A stretch of 52,557 nucleotides of DNA from Candidatus Omnitrophota bacterium. Its GTDB lineage: Bacteria > Omnitrophota > Gorgyraeia > Gygaellales > Profunditerraquicolaceae. Below the pieces are notes generated by a model. It saw only the letters and a list, made by a program, of their open reading frames with translations. It was not told where the DNA came from and did not search any database. A program made the position numbers and the translations under genes. Each line of letters starts with the position of its first letter. Within the stretch, counting starts at the first letter, position 1. Positions 1-9,423 of the stretch are shown here, one piece after another. The stretch covers positions 1 to 52,557 of the forward strand of contig JAPLMA010000109.1 of the NCBI GenBank assembly GCA_026387255.1. Direction: 5' to 3'.

Positions 1-666
1 ATATTCCGGCTCCATTTTATGCTCAGTTATATTTTCGCATCTCACCGGGCGAAATGTGCCCAACCCCACATGTAATGTTACATAGGCTAAATTAACCCCC
101 GCGCCATGAATCTGTTTAAGCGACTCTCGCGTAAAATGCAGTCCGGCGGTAGGCGAAGCAAGCGCACCTACATTTTTTGCATAAACCGTCTGATAATAAA
201 CCGTATCTAAATCCTCAGGCTCGCGTTTAATATAAGGCGGCAAAGGAACAATCCCATAATTATAAATTGTATCCGCGTCCAGCTGTTTAAAACTAATCTG
301 ACCTCGGCTACTTAAAATTCCGGTAATCTTACCCGCGGCAAAAACAATCTTTTCACCAACTTTTGTGCGGCTGGGCTGAACCAAGCAAGCAAAAGTTGTA
401 CCATTAATCCGGCGGGTAAGTAAAATTTCCACCCGGCCGCCGGTAGACTTCTTCCCCATTAATCGACAATGCAAAACCTTGGTATCATTAAGCACCAACA
501 AATCATTTTTTTTAAAAAATCCAAAGATCTCTTTAAATACCCCATGGCTAATCGTGCCGGTTTTTCGATTTACGATTAAAAGCCTCGCCTCTTCTCTTTT
601 TTGCAAAGGATACTGAGCAATCAGATCTTTAGGAAGGAGATAATCAAATTCAGTAAGCTTTAACAT
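1..666 (-). CDS. queA: S-adenosylmethionine:tRNA ribosyltransferase-isomerase QueA, N-terminal 222 codons (3' end runs off the window)
   Basis: Absent from the ORF track because it has no stop in the window. My reverse-strand translation from the ATG at 666-664 reads MLKLTEFDYLLPKDLIAQYPLQKREEARLLIVNRKTG...GIVPLPPYIKREPEDLDTVYYQTVYAKNVGALASPTAGLHFT. This matches the conserved QueA blocks PLPPYI, YQTVYA and PTAGLHFT. Confidence 0.9.
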   Translation of the reverse strand, partial: MLKLTEFDYLLPKDLIAQYPLQKREEARLLIVNRKTGTISHGVFKEIFGFFKKNDLLVLNDTKVLHCRLMGKKSTGGRVEILLTRRINGTTFACLVQPSRTKVGEKIVFAAGKITGILSSRGQISFKQLDADTIYNYGIVPLPPYIKREPEDLDTVYYQTVYAKNVGALASPTAGLHFTRESLKQIHGAGVNLAYVTLHVGLGTFRPVRCENITEHKMEPEY

Positions 667-684
667 ATTTAATTAATTAAACAG

Positions 685-741
685 TAAAAATATAGGGGAC
701 GGTTCTATTAAGCGGTTTTATGAAGGATAGAACCGTCCCCT
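685..741 (-). terminator. Rho-independent terminator after the GHL10-like gene
   Basis: 694-708 aggggacggttctat is the exact reverse complement of 727-741 atagaaccgtcccct (15-bp stem, 18-nt loop). On the minus strand the stem is followed by AUAUUUUU. It starts 5 nt past the stop codon at 746-748. Confidence 0.75.
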
Positions 742-745
742 TTAT

Positions 746-1936
746 TTAATTCAGATAACCGATTAATTGATCGGATAAATCGTCAATCGAATAGAGAACT
801 ATGCCGTCGGGAGCCAACTCCGTAATCAAACGAAATTGGTTAGAAAACAAATCCGGATTATCTTTCATCAAAAACACTCCTATACCAACATAAATTTTAC
901 CTTTACCGCGATGACCCAAGCTACTTTTTACCGTTTCTTTAACAAATTGATTGTCTTTGGTATAAGACATCAACACCACATAATCAACAATTCCCTCTTC
1001 TAGCCAAGCCGACCAGTCGGCAAAAGCGTTGCTATATGCGCGCTCGGTAACCGGGATAACCGCGCAAGAAACCGCTAAAGCAGCGGATTTAACTTTAACT
1101 AAACTATAGATTTTACGCACTAAATCCGTAACCTGTTGACGTTTCCAATTATCCCAAGCCAAATACTCATCTTCATTATTCAGCGTATCTAAAACATTAA
1201 TCCCGGTTTTATCGCGAAATCGCTCAACATTCATCGCTCCATAACCATAGGTTAAACCGAATTTATTAAACCTTGAACCGGGAACAAATGGAATAGGCGA
1301 TGGATAACGCATATAATCTAGGTGTATCCCGCTAAATAACGGATAACGATTAATTATTTCATTAATAATTGTCAGCATGTACGACTCTACCTTGGGGTCA
1401 CCCGGTTCTAAAAATATCATATCCTCTCTGGAATAATATTTATCTAACTCAGTACCGGTGGAAATCTTTGATAATCTTTGATACTGATCCCGGGTAAGAA
1501 TAGAATTACCGTACTTATTCAGAATATCCGCTTTTTCATTTTTCCCTAATCCTAAAATATTTACCCAAGCAAAAACTTTAATATTATGCTGTCCCGCTTC
1601 CCTGAGTAATAAATCCAGCGTATCCAACCCGGCCGCGGCAACCATCTGGTCATATTTTGTTTTATCGCAAATCTTGGAATCATAATAAGCATTACCCGAC
1701 TGAAAGATCTGCAGATAAATTTCATTTATTTTAGCCTTATTGCATTGGGCAATCAAATTATGCACTCCTCCCTCAGAATAAAGCACTTTTTTCCCGGAAA
1801 ATACCGACACCCAAACACCTCGAGCAACAACCTCCTTAGCTGGAATCTGTTTATCTTCAGCTAAAACCAATCTTAAGCTAAATAAATATACAAATAAAAT
1901 TATAACTAGTATTTTAAATTTTCCGATTTCTTGCAT
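746..1936 (-). CDS. Secreted glycoside-hydrolase-like family 10 (GHL10, YngK/YddW-type, DUF187) TIM-barrel protein
   Basis: N-terminal signal peptide (KILVIILFVYLFSLRLVLA). The RGVWVSVF...INEIYLQIF...GNAYYDS and IHLDYMRYP blocks resemble the GHL10 family as I remember it. ATG start verified at 1936. Confidence 0.6.
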   Translation of the reverse strand: MQEIGKFKILVIILFVYLFSLRLVLAEDKQIPAKEVVARGVWVSVFSGKKVLYSEGGVHNLIAQCNKAKINEIYLQIFQSGNAYYDSKICDKTKYDQMVAAAGLDTLDLLLREAGQHNIKVFAWVNILGLGKNEKADILNKYGNSILTRDQYQRLSKISTGTELDKYYSREDMIFLEPGDPKVESYMLTIINEIINRYPLFSGIHLDYMRYPSPIPFVPGSRFNKFGLTYGYGAMNVERFRDKTGINVLDTLNNEDEYLAWDNWKRQQVTDLVRKIYSLVKVKSAALAVSCAVIPVTERAYSNAFADWSAWLEEGIVDYVVLMSYTKDNQFVKETVKSSLGHRGKGKIYVGIGVFLMKDNPDLFSNQFRLITELAPDGIVLYSIDDLSDQLIGYLN

Positions 1937-2454
1937 TGTTCAATCTCCGAATAGCTACAACCACAATATTTCTGACGATAAATACCTTTATGCTTCGCCT
2001 CTATCTGCGCCTGTTTAAAACCAGACCGAAAATCTTCATAATAAAAATCTACACCTGTTTCCTGGCTAATTTGATAACCTAATTGTTTGAGCAATTCGTG
2101 ATTCTGATACGGGCTGACCAAAAGAGTAGTACTAAATACCTTAAAACCATTTTTCTTAGCCTGGCGGGCAGTTTTGCGCAAACGCAATGACCAACAATTT
2201 GCGCACCGCTGACTCAAGAGTTCTGGAGTATTAATTGCCTGAAAAAAATCGGATTCCTTATGTTCAGGATACTCTACATCAAGAAGAAATTCCTCACTTA
2301 AAACTTTTAATCCCTCAACACGCCGATGATATTCACTAACCGGATAGATATTAGGATTATAATAAAATCCGCTAATTTTAAATCCCTGATCTTTTAACCT
2401 GCTAAAAGGATAGATTAAACAAGGCCCACAGCAGATGTGCAGCAGGATATCCAT
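1906..2454 (-). CDS. queH: Epoxyqueuosine reductase QueH (DUF208)
   Basis: N-terminal LLHICCGPC cysteine cluster, CANCWSLR and C-terminal YCGCSYSE motifs, and about 180 aa length are typical of QueH. It lies two genes from queA. Confidence 0.85.
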   Translation of the reverse strand: MDILLHICCGPCLIYPFSRLKDQGFKISGFYYNPNIYPVSEYHRRVEGLKVLSEEFLLDVEYPEHKESDFFQAINTPELLSQRCANCWSLRLRKTARQAKKNGFKVFSTTLLVSPYQNHELLKQLGYQISQETGVDFYYEDFRSGFKQAQIEAKHKGIYRQKYCGCSYSEIEQCKKSENLKY

Positions 2455-2460
2455 AAATAA

Positions 2461-3513
2461 CTAGAAGATTTCTTCCTGTTGTTCTTGATTGAACTTTAAA
2501 CCAAAATGCTCGAAAGCCTTGCGCGTAGCTAAGCGGCCCCGCGCAGTACGTTTTAAATACCCGGCCATTAAAAGATACGGCTCGACTGCATCCTCAATCG
2601 TATCTACCTCTTCATTAAGGCTGGCCGCCAAAGACTCAATCCCCACCGGCCCGCCGCCGAATGACTCCAAGATTAATTTTAAGACCTTGCGATCCAAATC
2701 ATCAAAACCTGCCTGATCAATACCCAGCTCATTAAGGATCTTAGCCGCTGACGCCTGATCAACGTTATCGATTTTTAAAACCTGAGCGTAATCCCTCACC
2801 CGGCGCAAAAGCCGATTGGCGATACGCGGAGTTCCCCGGGAGCGTTTGGCAATCTCTAAAGCTGCCGCCTGATCAATTTTCACCGATAATAACTGACTGG
2901 AATTCTTTATAATTATAGCCAAGTCTTTAATTTGATAAAAATCCAAACTATAAAATATTCCAAACCTGCCCCGCAGCGGAGCAGCTAATAAGCCGGTACG
3001 CGTAGTTGCCCCGATTAAAGTAAACGGCTTAAGATTAAACTTAATTGTTTTAGCGTATGGCCCTTTATCAATAACAAAATCGATCTGAAAACTTTCCATG
3101 GCCGGATATAAAAATTCTTCAACCACTTTGGACATCCGGTGTATCTCATCGATAAAAAGAATATCTCCGTTTTCCAAATTAGTCAGTATGCCGATTAAAT
3201 CTCCGGCCCGCTCAATCGCCGGCCCGCTGGTGGCGGTAATTTTAGCGCCCATCTCATGCGCAATAATATGCGACAAGGAAGTTTTACCCAACCCCGGAGG
3301 CCCACTTAAAAGCACATGTTCCAGAGGTTCTTTCCTCTCCCTGGCTGCCTGAATGGCAATTTTTAAATTATCCACCACATCCTTATGGCCAACAAATTCA
3401 CTAAATTTCTTTGGCCTTAAGGATATATTTAAAACTATATCCTCTTCAGATTCCTTGATATCAGTAATAACGGAATCAGCTTTCAGTAGCGCGTGTCTGG
3501 TCTCTTCGCTCAT
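2461..3513 (-). CDS. ruvB: Holliday junction branch migration ATPase RuvB
   Basis: LRPKKFSEFVGHKD, Walker A GPPGLGKTS, Walker B ILFIDEIHR, and the RGTPRIANRLLRRVRD sensor/arginine finger region. Confidence 0.97.
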   Translation of the reverse strand: MSEETRHALLKADSVITDIKESEEDIVLNISLRPKKFSEFVGHKDVVDNLKIAIQAARERKEPLEHVLLSGPPGLGKTSLSHIIAHEMGAKITATSGPAIERAGDLIGILTNLENGDILFIDEIHRMSKVVEEFLYPAMESFQIDFVIDKGPYAKTIKFNLKPFTLIGATTRTGLLAAPLRGRFGIFYSLDFYQIKDLAIIIKNSSQLLSVKIDQAAALEIAKRSRGTPRIANRLLRRVRDYAQVLKIDNVDQASAAKILNELGIDQAGFDDLDRKVLKLILESFGGGPVGIESLAASLNEEVDTIEDAVEPYLLMAGYLKRTARGRLATRKAFEHFGLKFNQEQQEEIF

Positions 3514-4249
3514 AAGGAATAATATTTTCTTTGTTTCTGGCTATAATTATATCTTCAAATTCCACGTCCTGGCGAGCGACAATTTCTTTCATTTTTGCCA
3601 GCTCCAGGATCGCCAAAAAGATCACGATAATCTCCATTTTGTCCTTGGACTTAGAGAATAACTCGGAAAGCTTAATTTCTGTTTGTACCAACAACAAGTG
3701 CAGAATATCATGGACTTTTTGTTCAACCGTATACTGATCCTTAATTACTTCATAAAAAACTTCGCGCGGTATATCTTTTAAAGCCTGAGAAAAAGCATTA
3801 ATCAAGTCAAAAATACTGGCTTCGAAATATTTATCCCCTTGCTTATCAAGCGCATTAGTATTAGCCGGCAGATCGGTTTTCGGGCGCTTAAAAACTTCCT
3901 GCTGGATGATCTCCCTTTGCTTTAAATTTTCGGCAATTTGTTTAAACTTTTCATATTCCAGGAGCCTTTTTACCAATTCCGCGCGCGGATCCTCTTGTTC
4001 TTCTAAAACCGCCAACTCTTCTGCCGGAAGCAACATCTTGGATTTTATCTGCATCAACGTGGCCGCCATGACCAAAAATTCTCCAACAATATTTAAATCC
4101 AAAAGTTGCATTAAGTTAATATACTCTAGATATTGCCCGGTGACTTTGGCAATCGGAATATCGTAAATATTAAGATGGTCTTTTTTTACTAAATATAATA
4201 ACAGGTCTAACGGGCCTTCAAACATCTCTAAGCGGATTTTATAATTCAT
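3476..4249 (-). CDS. scpA: Segregation and condensation protein A (ScpA kleisin)
   Basis: FEGPLDLLLYLVKKDHLNIYDIPIAKVTGQYLEYI N-terminus is the canonical ScpA signature. Length 257 aa. Confidence 0.88.
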   Translation of the reverse strand: MNYKIRLEMFEGPLDLLLYLVKKDHLNIYDIPIAKVTGQYLEYINLMQLLDLNIVGEFLVMAATLMQIKSKMLLPAEELAVLEEQEDPRAELVKRLLEYEKFKQIAENLKQREIIQQEVFKRPKTDLPANTNALDKQGDKYFEASIFDLINAFSQALKDIPREVFYEVIKDQYTVEQKVHDILHLLLVQTEIKLSELFSKSKDKMEIIVIFLAILELAKMKEIVARQDVEFEDIIIARNKENIIPYERRDQTRATES

Positions 4250-5229
4250 ATTTTAAGCAATCCTCTTACTTCTAAAATAGTTTTCTTGGCCAACAGGGAT
4301 GCCTTTTGCCTTCCCGCCGATAAAATCTCAACAATCTGCTTTTTGTCTTTTTGCAAAACCTGCCTTCTTTCCTGAATCGGCGCCAATAAATTAATAAGCA
4401 TTGCGGCCAATTCCTTTTTACATTCCGTGCAACCGATCATCGCTTTTTCGCAACGCTGATGAATCTGATTTTTAAGCTGAGGCGAAAATGCCGCGTAATA
4501 AGAGGAAACGCTGCATTTATCCGGATGCCCGCAATCAGTGACGCGAATACGCTCTGGATCTGTAAACATACCCTGCACTTTTTTAAGAATAACCTCAGGC
4601 GTATCAGTCAAAGCGATATAATTATTATAACTCTTACTCATCTTGCGGCTATCTAAGCCTAAAAGACGAGTAGTCTGAGTAAGTAAAGCACGGGGCTCCA
4701 CAAAACAAGTTGTTTTGTAAAGATGATTAAACTTCCGCACAATCTGTCGGGTTAACTCTAAATGCGGCAACTGATCCTCACCCACCGGCACACTATCGGC
4801 TTTATAAAGTAAAATATCCGCAGCTTGTAAAACCGGATACCCTAAAAAAGCATAAGTGCTTAAATCGCGATTAGCCACTTGCCGCAACTGTTCTTTATAG
4901 GTAGGGCAACGCTCAAGTAATCCTAAAGGGGTAATCAAAGAAAGAATAAAATAAAGCTCCAGATGTTCCGGCACCTGCGACTGAATAAAAATAGTAGATT
5001 TCTCAGGGTCAACTCCACAAGAGAGCCAATCAATGACATTATCCAACATGTTTGCTTTAAGTAAATCCGGATTGGCATACTCAGACATCAGCGCATGCCA
5101 ATCCGCGACCATAAAGAAACAGTCATACTCATCTTGCAGTTTGGTCCAATTGGCCAAAGCACCCACCAGATGGCCCAGGTGTAATTTACCCGTAGGCCGC
5201 ATGCCACTTAATATTCGCTTTTTAGTCAT
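4246..5229 (-). CDS. trpS: Tryptophan--tRNA ligase
   Basis: Class I signatures: SGMRPTGKLHLGHLVGA (HIGH-type) and KMSKS (SRKMSKSYNN). Length 327 aa. Confidence 0.95.
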   Translation of the reverse strand: MTKKRILSGMRPTGKLHLGHLVGALANWTKLQDEYDCFFMVADWHALMSEYANPDLLKANMLDNVIDWLSCGVDPEKSTIFIQSQVPEHLELYFILSLITPLGLLERCPTYKEQLRQVANRDLSTYAFLGYPVLQAADILLYKADSVPVGEDQLPHLELTRQIVRKFNHLYKTTCFVEPRALLTQTTRLLGLDSRKMSKSYNNYIALTDTPEVILKKVQGMFTDPERIRVTDCGHPDKCSVSSYYAAFSPQLKNQIHQRCEKAMIGCTECKKELAAMLINLLAPIQERRQVLQKDKKQIVEILSAGRQKASLLAKKTILEVRGLLKI

Positions 5230-5250
5230 ATTTTAGTCCAATATAATTTT

Positions 5251-5309
5251 AAACTCGAAACACGAAACCCTAAACTCTAAACAAACTCGAAACTATAAAC
5301 TCGAAAACC
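5251..5309 (-). repeat. Degenerate AAACTCGAAAC (minus strand GUUUCGAGUUU) repeat array in the infB-trpS spacer / trpS leader
   Basis: aaactcgaaac at 5251, aaactctaaac at 5272, aaactcgaaac at 5283, aaactcgaaaac at 5298, read directly from the sequence. Confidence 0.6.
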
Positions 5310-5340
5310 GAAACATTGTTTACGAAGTTTGGAGTTTCGG
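5297..5340 (-). terminator. Possible weak intrinsic terminator after infB
   Basis: ccgaaac (5308-5314) pairs with gtttcgg (5334-5340). On the minus strand the 3' arm is followed by UUUUCGAGUUU. The stem is only 7 bp and the loop is 19 nt. Confidence 0.3.
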
Positions 5341-5355
5341 ATTTAAAGTTTAACA

Positions 5356-7548
5356 TCATAACTTTCTCGCGATCTTCTCTATATCATAAGCTTCAATAAT
5401 ATCACCTTCGACTAATTGATCAAACCCACCAACCGCAATCCCACATTCAAACCCTTCGCCAACCTCGCGGACATCATCCTTAAAACGCTTAAGGCTGGAA
5501 ATCTTACCCTCAAAAGCTACCGCACCATTGCGCATCAGTGTAATCATACAGTTACGATTGATCTTACCCTTGGTGACGAAACATCCGGCAATAATACCGG
5601 AATGAGAAAGTTTAAACATCTTTCTAACTTCCGCCTTACCTAAAAACACTTTCTTTAATTTTGGATCAAGCATTCCTTCCACGGCAGCTTTTATATCATT
5701 GGCTAACTCATAAATAATGCTGTACATCTTAACTTCAATTCCTTCTTTAGAAATCAGCTCTTTGGCCGGCTGATCAGCGGAAACATTAAATCCTAAAAGT
5801 AACGCATCAGAAGCTACCGCTAAAATTACATCTGAAGTATTGATATTTCCTGCCCCCATATGTATGATATTAATTTTTATCTCGGAAACATTCAATTTAT
5901 CCAGTGTGTCTTTAATCGCCTCCAGCGACCCCTGAACGTCTGCCTTAATGATTAAATTTAGTTCCTTAACTTTACCTGCGGCAATCTGAGCATGCAATTC
6001 TTCCAGATTTACCCTTTTGACTTCTTTAATCTGCTGTTGCTTCTGGTTTTCCACGCGCGCCTGAATTAAACTCTTGGCCTGCTTTTCATCTTCAATCACA
6101 AAAAACTGCTCCCCGACCTGCGGAATTCCATTAATCCCTAAAATTTCTACCGGAGTTGCCGGACCAACAGTAGCTACTCCCTGCCCCCGGTCATTGAGCA
6201 TCGCCCGAATCTTTCCATATAAATTACCGACGATTATATTTTGATTAAGATGTAATGTACCATTCTGCACAAGCAGTGTAGCGACCGGCCCTTTGCCTCT
6301 AGCCATCCGGGCTTCCACAACTACTCCAGAGGCAAGACGATCAGGATTAGCCTTTAACTCCATCATTTCGGCTTGTAACAAAATCATCTCAAGCAAATTG
6401 TCTATCCCCGCACCGGTTTTCGCAGAAACCGCAACCGTAATTGTTTTCCCACCCCAATCCTCAGGATTTAATCCAACCGCCGCTAACTGTTTTTTAACCA
6501 TGTCCAAATTTGCCTGCGCTTTATCTATTTTATTGATCGCCACGATAATCACTACCCCGGCAGCTCGCGCATGGTCGATTGCTTCCTGAGTTTGCGGCAT
6601 AATTCCATCATCAGCAGCTACAACTAACACCACAATATCAGTAATTCGCGCGCCGCGCGCGCGCATAGCGGTAAATGCTTCATGACCAGGCGTATCTAAA
6701 AAGGTAATCTCCCCTTGCGCAAGACTAACCCGATAAGCACCAATATGCTGAGTAATCCCACCATGCTCACCTTCTGTAATTTTAGTCTTACGTATAGCAT
6801 CCAAAAGAGAGGTCTTACCATGATCAACATGCCCCATAAAAGTAACTATCGGTGAACGGCTCTTTTGCTCCTGCGGCCTATCTATTTTCTTATGCTCCTC
6901 TAAAACCACCTCTTCGGCATTAAGCGCTTTCTTAATTCCAAAATTATATTTTAAACATAACTTATTTAAAACGGCCTCATCTAAAGTTTGGTTAATTCCA
7001 ATCATTATCCCCATACCCATGAGATGTTTAATCAGAATCGAAGATTTCTCCTGTAATTTTATGGCTAAATCTTTAACCGTAATCGGCAACTCCAGCTCGA
7101 TTTCTTTTTCCGGTGCAGCCTGGACCTCAACCTTTACTTCCGGTTCGATTATCGGTTTAACCTCATGCCTAACCTCAACTTTAGCCTTGACCTCCGGCTT
7201 ATGCACAGGTTTAACCTCAACTTTAACCTTGGCTTCCGGCTTATGCACAGGTTTAACTTCAACTTTAGCCTCAAGCTTAACTTCCGGCTTGATTACCGGT
7301 TTAACCTCATACTTAATCAAAACTTTCGGTTCAGCTTTACTTATCGGTTTAAGCATCGATCTAAATACCGGCTTAATTATTTTATTAGTCTTTTTTATTA
7401 ATGTTTTAAACTTAGGTGATTTAACCACAAGTTTAGACTTAGACGCCTGAGCTTTGACCGACGGCTTCTTAGTTTTTGCATTCGCTTTAACCTTAAACTT
7501 AACTTGCGATTTTTTTACTATTATTTTTTCTTTTTTTATTTTTGACAT
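5356..7548 (-). CDS. infB: Translation initiation factor IF-2
   Basis: G domain motifs [25 protein letters not shown], then the IF-2 C-terminal domains. The track ORF extends to 7596 only through a TTG. The ATG at 7548 (MSKIKKEK) is preceded by AGGAAAGAG and is the more likely start. Confidence 0.95.
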   Translation of the reverse strand: MSKIKKEKIIVKKSQVKFKVKANAKTKKPSVKAQASKSKLVVKSPKFKTLIKKTNKIIKPVFRSMLKPISKAEPKVLIKYEVKPVIKPEVKLEAKVEVKPVHKPEAKVKVEVKPVHKPEVKAKVEVRHEVKPIIEPEVKVEVQAAPEKEIELELPITVKDLAIKLQEKSSILIKHLMGMGIMIGINQTLDEAVLNKLCLKYNFGIKKALNAEEVVLEEHKKIDRPQEQKSRSPIVTFMGHVDHGKTSLLDAIRKTKITEGEHGGITQHIGAYRVSLAQGEITFLDTPGHEAFTAMRARGARITDIVVLVVAADDGIMPQTQEAIDHARAAGVVIIVAINKIDKAQANLDMVKKQLAAVGLNPEDWGGKTITVAVSAKTGAGIDNLLEMILLQAEMMELKANPDRLASGVVVEARMARGKGPVATLLVQNGTLHLNQNIIVGNLYGKIRAMLNDRGQGVATVGPATPVEILGINGIPQVGEQFFVIEDEKQAKSLIQARVENQKQQQIKEVKRVNLEELHAQIAAGKVKELNLIIKADVQGSLEAIKDTLDKLNVSEIKINIIHMGAGNINTSDVILAVASDALLLGFNVSADQPAKELISKEGIEVKMYSIIYELANDIKAAVEGMLDPKLKKVFLGKAEVRKMFKLSHSGIIAGCFVTKGKINRNCMITLMRNGAVAFEGKISSLKRFKDDVREVGEGFECGIAVGGFDQLVEGDIIEAYDIEKIARKL
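7150..7320 (-). repeat. In-frame tandem repeats (about 42-nt period) encoding the [14 protein letters not shown] repeats of the IF-2 N-terminal region
   Basis: ccggcttatgcacaggtttaac recurs at 7194 and 7236, with degenerate flanking copies (7154, 7284). The protein shows [13 protein letters not shown] repeats. Confidence 0.8.
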
Positions 7549-7625
7549 ATTTTCTCTTTCCTGCCTGCCAAGTTTTGTGGCGGGCTTGCCCGTCAAACTT
7601 GATGGCGAGCTTTTATATTATAAAA

Positions 7626-8930
7626 CTACGATAGCTTTTTAGCTTCTGTAATGATTTTCTGGGCCTTCTTTTCACCAATGCCCTTAATCTTAGTCAACCC
7701 CTGCACCTGAAGTTTAATTATATCAGCTACATTCTTAATTCCTACTTCCTTTAAACTCTCGGCAATCTTGGAACTAACTCCTAAAAGGTCTCCTAAGGAA
7801 GTTTCCTGCTTGCTTTCTTTTTTTACCTCTTTTTTAACTTCCTTTTTAGCGTCTGTTTTAGTTGCTTTTTTGGATACCTTTTTAATTTCTTTCTTAATCT
7901 TCTTAATCTTGACCAACTCCGGTTGACTCGCGACTGCTTCTGTCGCGCTAACCGCTACTTCTGTTTTACCGCCAAGTGCCTCAGCAGCAATCATACTCTT
8001 CGTGCGGATATCCAGCTCCCAACCAACCAGCCGGGAGGCCAAACGCACGTTCTGACCGTGCTTACCGATACTCAAAGAAAGTTGATCATCATCAACAATC
8101 ACCCCGGCCTTCATTTTATCCCGATCTAATTTGATCTCTGAAACCTTAGCCGGAGAAAGTGCAGCCTTAATATATTCACGTACATCATCATTAAAACGCA
8201 CGATATCAATTTTCTCACCCTGTAACTCATTAACAATATTTCTTACCCGATTACCGCGCATCCCCACGCAGGCACCCACGGCATCAACCTTATCATTCTT
8301 AGAGTAGACCGAAATTTTAGTACGTTCACCGGCTTGGCGCGATATGCCTCTAATCTCCACGATTCCCTCATAGATCTCCGGAACCTCTAATTCAAATAAT
8401 TCTTTAACTAAATTTGGATGAGCGCGCGAGAGGATAATCTGCGGGCCCTTGGTGTCTTTTTTCACCTCCACCACATAAGCCCGAATACGCTGCCCCTGTT
8501 TAAATTCTTCTTTAGGTGATTGTTCGCGCTTAAGTAAAACACCTTCGGCCTTACCCAATAAATCTACAATCACATTACCTTTTTCAAAACGATAAACCGT
8601 ACCGCTGACAATCTCTCCGACGCGGTTCTGAAATTCCACAAAAACCACATCCTTTTCTGCCTCGCGCATTTTCTGGATAATTACCTGACGCGCAGTAGAA
8701 GCAGCAATACGCCCGAAATCAATATTAGTAATTAATTCATTATTGCGGAAAGCGCGAATCTCTCCAGTAGCTCGGTCAATCTGAACCTTGAATTCCTCAT
8801 CCGGTTTTAAATCAATTACCCTTTTAACCGCACTAAGCATAGCGCTTTCTACGGCCTCCAACATAATTTCTTTCTTAATTCCCTTTTCTCGTTCAATCTG
8901 TTCAATAATTGCTAAAAGTTCCTGACTCAT
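7626..8930 (-). CDS. nusA: Transcription termination/antitermination factor NusA
   Basis: N-terminal EQIEREKGI, S1 domain, two KH domains (GACVGMRGNRVRNI, IGKHGQNVRLASRL), a lysine-rich linker and a C-terminal HhH-like tail. Canonical rimP-nusA-infB order. Confidence 0.95.
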   Translation of the reverse strand: MSQELLAIIEQIEREKGIKKEIMLEAVESAMLSAVKRVIDLKPDEEFKVQIDRATGEIRAFRNNELITNIDFGRIAASTARQVIIQKMREAEKDVVFVEFQNRVGEIVSGTVYRFEKGNVIVDLLGKAEGVLLKREQSPKEEFKQGQRIRAYVVEVKKDTKGPQIILSRAHPNLVKELFELEVPEIYEGIVEIRGISRQAGERTKISVYSKNDKVDAVGACVGMRGNRVRNIVNELQGEKIDIVRFNDDVREYIKAALSPAKVSEIKLDRDKMKAGVIVDDDQLSLSIGKHGQNVRLASRLVGWELDIRTKSMIAAEALGGKTEVAVSATEAVASQPELVKIKKIKKEIKKVSKKATKTDAKKEVKKEVKKESKQETSLGDLLGVSSKIAESLKEVGIKNVADIIKLQVQGLTKIKGIGEKKAQKIITEAKKLS

Positions 8931-8951
8931 TTTTTTATTCTCCAGTTCATA

Positions 8952-9416
8952 TTATATTACTAATTGTGCCTTATTTATTTTTACCAGCGGAATCTTTAAA
9001 ATCTCACCACGCACCTGCAGATACACAGTAGCTTCATCCGCCTTGCTAATTATCCCTTGCCACTGGCATTTGCCGCTCACTAAATCATTAAGGAAAAATA
9101 CCGCTTCTTTATTTAGAGAACGTAAAAAATCACTTTGCCGCTTAAGCAACCGATCAAGCCCCGGAGAAGAAACTTCTAGTATATAACGCGATGCGATAAT
9201 ATTTTTTTCATCTAGCGCCTGACTTATCTGCCGGCTAAGCTGCGCGCATTCATCTAAATTTATCCCGCCGCCTAAACGATCCGCGAAAATGCATAAAAAA
9301 ATATGCGCCCTTTCCTGGCGATAAATTACATCTACCAATTCGAAACCTTGGGCAACAAATTTCTGCTCAAACAATAATTCTAATTCCTGCTTTATGCTTT
9401 CCCTATCCATATCCAT
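8952..9416 (-). CDS. rimP: Ribosome maturation factor RimP
   Basis: EVSSPGLDRLLK motif and position upstream of nusA. The track ORF reaches 9455 but would overlap the proS stop. ATG at 9416 (or 9410) chosen. Confidence 0.85.
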   Translation of the reverse strand: MDMDRESIKQELELLFEQKFVAQGFELVDVIYRQERAHIFLCIFADRLGGGINLDECAQLSRQISQALDEKNIIASRYILEVSSPGLDRLLKRQSDFLRSLNKEAVFFLNDLVSGKCQWQGIISKADEATVYLQVRGEILKIPLVKINKAQLVI

Positions 9417-9423
9417 AACTTTT

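Noticed and set aside
5230-5355. Possible TRAP-binding site or T-box riboswitch in front of trpS.
   Set aside because: GAG/UAG triplets are present, but the spacers are 4-13 nt rather than the 2-3 nt needed by TRAP, which is restricted to Bacilli. The leader is too short (126 nt) and lacks the T-box sequence and specifier-loop architecture. It is kept only as an unexplained repeat array.
7019-7450. Two plus-strand ORFs (143 aa and 78 aa) with striking internal repeats ([13 protein letters not shown]..., [10 protein letters not shown]...).
   Set aside because: The repeats are simply the antisense reading of the infB N-terminal [13 protein letters not shown] tandem repeats.
7577-7594. Small GC hairpin (gacgggcaagcccgcc) between nusA and infB as a terminator or attenuator.
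   Set aside because: It has only about 5 bp with a mismatch and no U-tract. The nusA-infB junction is normally co-transcribed.
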